From NCBI GenBank assembly GCA_027593235.1, contig JAQCIU010000059.1:1-12774 (forward strand): a DNA stretch of 12,774 bases, written 5' to 3'. This DNA is from Chloroflexota bacterium (GTDB lineage Bacteria > Chloroflexota > Dehalococcoidia > UBA2979). The notes under the pieces are model-generated. The model searched no databases. It was not told where the DNA came from and was given only the letters and a program-made list of their open reading frames with translations. Of the stretch, positions 6,819 through 12,774 are shown piece after piece; position 1 is the first letter of the stretch; each line of letters opens with the position of its first letter. A program made the position numbers and the translations under genes.

Positions 6819-7947
6819 CGATCGAGACTCCGATCGCGCGCCCGATTGCGAAGGTGACGCCAGCGGCGGTGAGGCCGAACAAGAGCTGTCTGGAGCCGGA
6901 ATAGAGGAGGCTGCGTCCGGTCATCAACGTGATCCCGGCGCCGATCGTGAAGAGCCCGATCGCGCTCACGACGAGGCTGACGGCGACCGCGGTCAGGCCG
7001 GAGAAGATCGCGAACGGCGCGACCGGTCCGATTGCGCCGAGGGCGAAGAGGAAGAACGAGGTGAAGGCGGCGACCCAGGCGGAACCGCCGAGGTCCCCCG
7101 GCTCCACGCCCAACTCCTCGCGGGCCATGGTGTGGAGCGCCGTCTCCTCGTTCGACATGAGCTGGTGGGCGATGCGGCGCGCGTCGGCTTCAGGGAAGCC
7201 CTTCGACTGGTAGATCAGCGCCAGTTCCTCGGCTTCCTCTTCGGGCATCAGGCGGATCTCTTCGGCCTCGACCGCGATCTGCTGCTCGTAGAGTTCGCGC
7301 GAACTCTGGACGGAGATCCACTCGCCGAGGGCCATCGAGATCGCGCCGGCGAGGAGGCCGGCGAGGCCGGTGATGAAGACGGTGCGGTTGTCGAGATCGG
7401 CGCCGGAGACACCCATGACAAGGCTGAGGTTGGAGACGAGTCCGTCGTTCGCACCAAGCACGGCGGCGCGGAGAGCGTTGCCGCCGACCTGGCGGTGGCG
7501 GCCTTCGAGGCGGCCGATCAGGCCGCCTTCGACACCGCCGCTGGTGCCGGAGAGGACCCCGAGGACGCGCGCGTGCGAGCGCTCGTCGCCGGGCAACTCG
7601 GTGCCGGCAGCCTCGGGAGCATCGTCGTACATCCCCTGGCCGGCCTGCTCCTGGGCGGTAATGGTGGGGAGCACGGTGCCGGGGCCGAAGCGCCTGGTGA
7701 TCCAGACGAGCACCCGTGAGCGCCAACTGGGGCGACGCGCGCCGACGGCGTGTCCGGCCGCTTCGAGGTGTTGCTCCCAGAGGGCGGCGTGGCGGTCCTC
7801 GGCGGCGGCGAGTCGGAGGTAGAGCTCGGCGATTTCGGCGCGATCCTCGTTGTCGGCCATGGCGCGATAGAGGTTGGCGGCGTCGACCTCGTCCTGGCGG
7901 AAGCCGCGGTAGCGGGCGATATCGGCCGGGCTGCGATCGTCTGCCAT
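6811..7947 (-). CDS. VIT1/CCC1-family iron/manganese transporter with N-terminal ferritin/rubrerythrin-like domain
   Basis: DEVDAANLY...AAAEDRHA...DERSHA (ExxH diiron-type motifs), then LRAAVLGANDGLVSN, AGAISMALGEWISV and HTMAREELG (VIT1 motifs). Start is 7947 or 7953. Confidence 0.92.
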   Translation of the reverse strand: MADDRSPADIARYRGFRQDEVDAANLYRAMADNEDRAEIAELYLRLAAAEDRHAALWEQHLEAAGHAVGARRPSWRSRVLVWITRRFGPGTVLPTITAQEQAGQGMYDDAPEAAGTELPGDERSHARVLGVLSGTSGGVEGGLIGRLEGRHRQVGGNALRAAVLGANDGLVSNLSLVMGVSGADLDNRTVFITGLAGLLAGAISMALGEWISVQSSRELYEQQIAVEAEEIRLMPEEEAEELALIYQSKGFPEADARRIAHQLMSNEETALHTMAREELGVEPGDLGGSAWVAAFTSFFLFALGAIGPVAPFAIFSGLTAVAVSLVVSAIGLFTIGAGITLMTGRSLLYSGSRQLLFGLTAAGVTFAIGRAIGVSIGA

Positions 7948-8168
7948 TGCCATCCTCGAGGGACCGAAGCGCAGCCGCGTGGTTCGCGGGAAGCGAATCA
8001 CGACAGCGACATTGATGGAGAACGGCCGGGGGCAGGCATCGTATCAGCAGATGACGGAGCGGGCGGCAGCGATGGGCACGGACGTGATGCTGGTCCGCCG
8101 GCCTGATGGGCGTTGACCGCGCTGAGACGGGCGTTGACGATGGGGGTGCGGGGGCGAAGGTGAATACG

Positions 8169-8723
8169 ATGCGTCGCGCCCTTCTCCTTGCCATCAGCTC
8201 CGCCCTGGTTGCGACCGTGGTTGCATGCGGCGACGGCGACCTGCCCGCGACAGCCACGCGATCGCCGAGCCCGACCGCGAGCCCAACGGCACTACCGAGC
8301 GCAACGGTTCGCGGCGCGGTCGCTTCGCTGCGCGAGGTGGACTTCACCGACTCCTCGATCGCTGGCCCGCTGATCGATGCCGCGGGCGGTGGCGAGGTGC
8401 CGGCGGAGCGGGTGCAGTTCCGCGACGTGGTGGCGCACGACGGCGTGGACGAGGCCATCGTGATCGTCGAATCCGGCGGGACGATGGGCGACCTCGGAGC
8501 TGGCGTGTTCACGCTGGTGGAGGGCCAACCGACGTTGGTGCAGTTCATCGCGACGGCGGGTCGGATCGAGCTTCGGCTCGACCTCGTCGTGGCGATCGAG
8601 GGCGTGTGGGCGGCGAACGATCCGCAGTGCTGTCCGTCGCAGCTTCACGAGGTGAGCTACCAGTGGGACGGAGCGCGGTTTACCGCGATCACCGATCAGG
8701 TGGTGCCAAACCCGGATCCGTAG
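8169..8723 (+). CDS. Lipoprotein, LppP/LprE-like
   Basis: Signal peptide MRRALLLAISSALVATVVA|C with lipobox, Pro/Thr/Ser linker, C-terminal W-x-x-x-DPQCCPS...YQWDG motif. Family assignment is from motif recall. Confidence 0.7.
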   Translation: MRRALLLAISSALVATVVACGDGDLPATATRSPSPTASPTALPSATVRGAVASLREVDFTDSSIAGPLIDAAGGGEVPAERVQFRDVVAHDGVDEAIVIVESGGTMGDLGAGVFTLVEGQPTLVQFIATAGRIELRLDLVVAIEGVWAANDPQCCPSQLHEVSYQWDGARFTAITDQVVPNPDP

Positions 8724-8787
8724 CTGGCTCGACGGGCCTCGGCGGTGGGCCGGGCTCCCTGGTTGCTGCGGCGTCCGAGTCCGGGAG

Positions 8788-9024
8788 TCAGGGCCGGCCG
8801 GTCGGCGGGCGTCGTGAGGCGATCGCGACGGCGACCTCGCGCAACGACAGCACCATGAGCACGACCGAGGCGACGGCCGGGGCGATCAGCAGCACGGACC
8901 AGTAGTCGCCGTGGGCGGCGTGCCAGACCGTGAGCAACGACGCGGCCGTACTGAGGCGCGCCATTTCCCAACCGATGAGGGCGAAGAAGGCTGTGCGAAG
9001 TGCGATCCCAAGTCCTGGCCCCAT
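8788..9024 (-). CDS. Small hypothetical membrane protein (2 predicted TM segments)
   Basis: SD GAGGA, two hydrophobic stretches, extended -10-like TGATAGCGT at 9059-9067. Confidence 0.6.
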   Translation of the reverse strand: MGPGLGIALRTAFFALIGWEMARLSTAASLLTVWHAAHGDYWSVLLIAPAVASVVLMVLSLREVAVAIASRRPPTGRP

Positions 9025-9064
9025 ACCGTCCTCGCTTCACGTGCTGGGATTCGCGGGGACGCTA

Positions 9065-9634
9065 TCAAGCCAAACGTAAGAAACGCATATGAATGGGGAG
9101 GCACTGGGGAGATTCCGTTTTTGTTGCCGGATCGTCCGGCGGTGTACCGGCCAGGATCGCGAGCTGCTGCTCCAGTGCCTGCGCGTGGCGCGCGGGCTCC
9201 TCGATGGCGTGCCGGATCACGAGGTCGCGCGCGGTCAGGTCGCCCCAGGCGGTGCGGTGGCGTTCGTCGAGGCGGGGCTCGAGGTGACGAGCGAGGGAGG
9301 CGAGGGCACGCCGATCCTGTTCGAGGCGTGCGAGCAGACCGGCGAGCGTTGGCGCTCCGTAGATGAGCGCGGCGATGACAGCGGGGGCGCGGTCGAGGCG
9401 GTCGCGGGGGGCCTCGAGGGATCCGGCAATCGCGCCAAGGGTGGCGGTGACCAGCTCGGTGGCGGCGATCAGCTCGGCGACGCGGCGGCGGGGGCTGACG
9501 CCCTCGAAATCCGGATCGTCTGCCTGCGCTTCGCCGATGGCGCGGAGCGCGGCGCCGGCGCGACGCAGCAGTTCGCCGGCAACCTCTTCGAGCTGATCGA
9601 GGGGCAGTTGTCCGAAGACAGACGCGGTCGACAT
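9065..9634 (-). CDS. DinB/YfiT-like four-helix-bundle protein
   Basis: SD GAGGAG. Helical Ala/Leu-rich protein with WGDLTARDLVIRHAIEEPARHAQAL, resembling the DinB C-terminal motif with degenerate His ligands. Confidence 0.6.
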   Translation of the reverse strand: MSTASVFGQLPLDQLEEVAGELLRRAGAALRAIGEAQADDPDFEGVSPRRRVAELIAATELVTATLGAIAGSLEAPRDRLDRAPAVIAALIYGAPTLAGLLARLEQDRRALASLARHLEPRLDERHRTAWGDLTARDLVIRHAIEEPARHAQALEQQLAILAGTPPDDPATKTESPQCLPIHMRFLRLA

Positions 9635-9720
9635 CGCGCTCCTCGCGGGTTGCGCAGCTGCCTCGGTAGGGGCTGCGGCTGGTGACGGCGGCGAGCCGGA
9701 TCGCAGCGTAGGGTAGGACG

Positions 9721-9957
9721 ATGAACGGGCTGTCGCTGACTACACACGTCGCCGCGCTGATCGCGTTGATCGCGAATCTGTGGATTGGCGGCGACTACAT
9801 CGAGGGCTGGTTGGGGCACACCGCGCGCAGTGGCGCGGAGTTGCTGCTGATGCTCGGGTACGCGGTCTTTGTGCTCGGGGTGCGGGTGCCGCTGTTGTTC
9901 TGGCGGCGGCCGCAGGAGCCGCCGGATGGGCGGCCACGGGACGACGAACGCGAATGA
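9721..9957 (+). CDS. Small hypothetical membrane protein (2 predicted TM segments)
   Basis: SD AGGA, two hydrophobic segments, charged C-terminal tail. Confidence 0.65.
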   Translation: MNGLSLTTHVAALIALIANLWIGGDYIEGWLGHTARSGAELLLMLGYAVFVLGVRVPLLFWRRPQEPPDGRPRDDERE

Positions 9958-10006
9958 GGGTGCTGCCGATCGCGAGCGGGCGCGCTTTGTGCTTGGATCA
10001 GGACGC

Positions 10007-10083
10007 GGGCGATTAGCTCAGTTGGTCAGAGCGTCCGGTTTACACCCGGAAGGTCGGAGGTTCGAACCCTCCATCGCCCACCA
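10007..10083 (+). tRNA. tRNA-Val (TAC)
   Basis: Full cloverleaf: GGGCGAT/ATCGCCC acceptor stem, TCCGG-TTTACAC-CCGGA anticodon arm, GGAGG-TTCGAAC-CCTCC T-arm, encoded CCA. Confidence 0.98.
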
Positions 10084-11507
10084 ACACCACAGCCATCGGG
10101 ACCGACGAGTTGCAGGCGCGATTCGGCCATCGTTTCGAGGACGCCTTCGAGCATCAGGCGGTATTCGGGCTGGGGGACGATCGCGGCGATCTCCCCTCGT
10201 TCGATATCGATGTACGCGTCCTGCACGAGTGTTGAGATCGCCCGCCGCCGCTCGTCGGCGGTCAGCTCGGGCCAAAGTACCTCGAGGGAATCGAGCAGGT
10301 CGACAATCTCCGTAAGCCGCCCTTCGTTCTGCGGGATGGCCGCCGCAATCTGAGAATCGAGCTCGGTAATCCGTTGGCGGTATGCCGCCCGAGGGAGTCC
10401 GCCATCGGCGTACGCTTCGGCGGTCCGCTGCTTCCGATCCTTGAGCGAGCCGACGTCAACGGGGCTTTGCTGGCGCATGGCGATCCGTATTGCTTCGTCG
10501 CGATCCCGTGCCGGTAGTCGCATACCCCCGAAGATCTCGGCGATCTGGTCGTCCACTCCCGCCGCGAGACACGATCGCCGCTTTCCGTCGTGCTGAAACG
10601 GCTTGCGCTCGCGGTAACGGGGGCGACCCTGATTCGAGTCGGCGTACAGCGCGCCGTGGCAGACGACGCATCGAGCGCGACCACCGAGAACCGCCACAGT
10701 CTGCGCGTACCGTCGCGGCGCGGGCTTCCCGACGCGGAGTTGGACGCGCTCGAACAGTTCGTCGCTTACGAGTCGCTCGTGTTGGCCGGGGTGCTCCTCC
10801 CCGTCGTATGAAACGACGCCGAGGTAGGTTCGCGTTGCCAGGAGTTCACGCACGGTCTCGAAGCGGAACGGCTTGCCGCGGTGCGTCGCAAACCCCTGCT
10901 CGTTGAGCCAGTCGGCAAGTTCCTGGTAACTCGCGCCATCGGCTCGGCGCTCGAAGACGTGGACAACAGCTGGCCCGTGCTGCGGATGAACTGCCGGCGC
11001 CTTCGCGGCTGCCGGGACGTGGTACCCAAATGGCATCTGGCCGTGCGGGAGACCGAGCTCGACGCGGTAGGTATGCCCGCGCTTCGTCTTCTTCGAGAGT
11101 TGAGCCGAGAAGTACTCGGCGAATCCAGAGTGCTGGGTGAACATCAGCTTGCCCTCGGCCGTGCTGATGTCCATCGGTTGTTGTGTCGGGATCAGCTCGA
11201 CGCCGGCGCGACGCAGCAGCTTTTCGGTTTCGAGAGCGATGCCAGCGTCGCGCGCCCAACGGTCCACCATGTCGGTCAAGACAGCCTTGAAGTCCCCCGC
11301 CTGGGCGTCGGTTAGTAGCTGTCGGAAGGCAGGGCGCTTGTCGATGTTGTCCGAATAGGCCGACTTCGCCTCGTCAACGTAGATGTGCCCGAGTTCATAG
11401 CCCTCGGCGGCTGCGTAGCGATGCAGTGAGGCCTTTTGCGAGGCGATGGAGTCGCCCTGCTCGACTTGCATCCGCGACGAGACGCGGGCGTAGCCAACTG
11501 CTCTCAT
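10026..11507 (-). CDS. Large serine recombinase (integrase)
   Basis: Catalytic YARVSS and DRWARD, recombinase domain (PFGY...LADWLN...YLG...HERLVSDELFERVQ), zinc-ribbon remnant CVVC, coiled coil. SD GGAGG. Confidence 0.95.
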   Translation of the reverse strand: MRAVGYARVSSRMQVEQGDSIASQKASLHRYAAAEGYELGHIYVDEAKSAYSDNIDKRPAFRQLLTDAQAGDFKAVLTDMVDRWARDAGIALETEKLLRRAGVELIPTQQPMDISTAEGKLMFTQHSGFAEYFSAQLSKKTKRGHTYRVELGLPHGQMPFGYHVPAAAKAPAVHPQHGPAVVHVFERRADGASYQELADWLNEQGFATHRGKPFRFETVRELLATRTYLGVVSYDGEEHPGQHERLVSDELFERVQLRVGKPAPRRYAQTVAVLGGRARCVVCHGALYADSNQGRPRYRERKPFQHDGKRRSCLAAGVDDQIAEIFGGMRLPARDRDEAIRIAMRQQSPVDVGSLKDRKQRTAEAYADGGLPRAAYRQRITELDSQIAAAIPQNEGRLTEIVDLLDSLEVLWPELTADERRRAISTLVQDAYIDIERGEIAAIVPQPEYRLMLEGVLETMAESRLQLVGPDGCGVGGRWRVRTSDLPGVNRTL

Positions 11508-11653
11508 GCGGCCTCCACGTGTTCCCCTCGGCGGCGCGCCAGCACGGCAGAGATCAACTCACCGAGCACCCGGCCGAGCTGCCCGTCGCCGATAGTAGCG
11601 ACTGACGAATCGGACAGCCCTACGAGGTTCGCATTCGGGCTCCCACTCGACAT
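11504..11653 (-). CDS. 49-aa hypothetical protein translationally coupled to the recombinase
   Basis: MSSGSPNANLVGLSDSSVATIGDGQLGRVLGELISAVLARRRGEHVEAA*. Fills the protease-integrase gap, and its stop overlaps the integrase start (ATGA). No strong SD. Confidence 0.55.
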   Translation of the reverse strand: MSSGSPNANLVGLSDSSVATIGDGQLGRVLGELISAVLARRRGEHVEAA

Positions 11654-11658
11654 GCCTG

Positions 11659-12204
11659 TTATGCCGCTGCGCCATTCTGTCGCGCGAGCGTCCTCCAGAA
11701 GCGCAATACTTCCCGCTCGAGGTCAACGGCGGCTGCGGACTTGATGCGCTCCGTCCTGGTCCCGACGCCCGCGCCTCGGGCTACGGGGTCGACGGAGACC
11801 ACATCGAGCGCCTTGAGGAATCGCACTCGGTGGTTCTGACCGGCGGCGACTGGCCATTCGCCGAAGGAGTGATCAATCACCCGAAAGACGTAGGACCACT
11901 CCGTGAGTGTCCCGAGGTTTCGGATCGTGCGGTAGGCGGCCTCACCGCGTGGGGTGTCGAGGAAGAACGCCCCTTCGACGCGGACTGTGTTCCCGTGCTC
12001 GCGAATCACACCCTTGCCAACGGGCAGGGATCCGTTGGCATGGTTCCATGCGCCAATGAGGACCCCTGCGCCGTCCGAAAAAGCGCCCGGCAGAGTTACA
12101 TCGCCATCGAGGTCGACGACGTTCAGCGTGGCGAAGACCGCCGTGAACTGACCGCTGCCCCCCGCTTTCAGCTCCAGCGATAGCGACTTGGCTTCAAGGC
12201 TCAT
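11659..12204 (-). CDS. HK97-family phage prohead protease
   Basis: FTAVFATLNVVDLDGDVTLPGAF, AWNH (His), PVGK, EWSYVF (Ser), VDPVARGAG. Start 12204 has SD AAGGGGGT; alternative start 12282 is coupled to the terS stop. Confidence 0.88.
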   Translation of the reverse strand: MSLEAKSLSLELKAGGSGQFTAVFATLNVVDLDGDVTLPGAFSDGAGVLIGAWNHANGSLPVGKGVIREHGNTVRVEGAFFLDTPRGEAAYRTIRNLGTLTEWSYVFRVIDHSFGEWPVAAGQNHRVRFLKALDVVSVDPVARGAGVGTRTERIKSAAAVDLEREVLRFWRTLARQNGAAA

Positions 12205-12281
12205 GGTTGCACCCCCTTCGTCGGGCAATGACTCCTCGCCGTCGTCGGCCGACAGGTCAAATACGATCTGGCCGGCGGCCA

Positions 12282-12761
12282 TTAGGAGGCCCCAAGGAGG
12301 TGGCGCGGATCGGGGCCTGGCTTCATCTCGTAGACGGGGCGGACCGGCCGCTCGTCCTCAGGCCGCTTGAGAGCCGGCATGCGGAGTCTGGCCGCCGGGC
12401 TGAATCCGAGCTGCTGGGCGAGGCTGATCAGCAGCTGGCTCAGCTCTCGGTGGGTCTTGTAGATCGGCGACTGCACCTGGTTGCCGTTCGAGCCCGCGGC
12501 CACTAGGTCGTCGACGTCATCGAGCTTGGCGTCGAGTTCCCGCCAGCGGGCGACTGCGCTGCACCAGGATTCGAGCAGAGGCAGGTCTGCTGCCGTGACG
12601 AGCCCTTCCTCGTATGCCCACGGCATGACGCGGTGCCACTCGTCGAGCGCGGTGCCCGTCAGTGTGTCGGGTGGGTCCGGCTCGATGCGTCGAATCGTGT
12701 CAGCCGCGGTGGGCTTGCTACGGCGACTGCCGGCGCGGGGCGGGAATCCTGGTTGGGCCAT
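12282..12761 (-). CDS. terS: Phage terminase small subunit, P27 family
   Basis: PPDTLTGTALDEWHRV, DLPLLESWC, NQVQSP and LGFSPAARLRM motifs. SD AAGGAGG. A TGATG overlap suggests a coupled upstream gene outside the window. Confidence 0.9.
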   Translation of the reverse strand: MAQPGFPPRAGSRRSKPTAADTIRRIEPDPPDTLTGTALDEWHRVMPWAYEEGLVTAADLPLLESWCSAVARWRELDAKLDDVDDLVAAGSNGNQVQSPIYKTHRELSQLLISLAQQLGFSPAARLRMPALKRPEDERPVRPVYEMKPGPDPRHLLGAS

Positions 12762-12774
12762 CAGTGGCCTCCTT

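Larger units (their letters stand above)
10084..12774 (-). mobile_element. Phage-related integrative element (satellite-like or reduced prophage) at the 3' side of tRNA-Val; extends beyond the window
   Basis: Serine integrase abutting the tRNA, with co-oriented terS and prohead protease genes. Exact att boundary not determined. Confidence 0.8.

Noticed and set aside
5217-7719. Long plus-strand ORFs 5217-6857 and 6529-7719
   Set aside because: Antisense shadows of recQ and the VIT1 gene with no motifs of their own.
620-10006. Central segment as a single mobile element bounded by the two tRNA sequences
   Set aside because: The two tRNAs are different species in divergent orientation, not direct repeats. 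The content is housekeeping-like, and the mobile genes lie outside this segment.

Overview
High-GC bacterial window; the gene content and style suggest Chloroflexota/Dehalococcoidia-like DNA (inference only). A ~9.4 kb host segment (PrsW protease, alpha/beta hydrolase, NfuA, IscA/HesB, an unusual RecQ, ferritin-like/VIT1 iron transporter, lipoprotein, DinB-like and two small membrane proteins) lies between two tRNA-associated mobile-element junctions. Left: a 5'-half tRNA(CAU) broken just after its anticodon loop, followed by phased att-arm-like repeats and the start of a DUF262 (GmrS-like) gene. Right: an intact tRNA-Val(TAC) overlapped antisense by a large serine recombinase. Upstream of the recombinase lie a 49-aa ORF, an HK97 prohead protease and a P27 terminase small subunit, with no terL, portal or capsid gene among them. 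This is a candidate phage satellite, and it continues beyond the window. A 37-aa RiPP-precursor-like ORF missing from the ORF track, with its own RBS and terminator, sits at 846-959.
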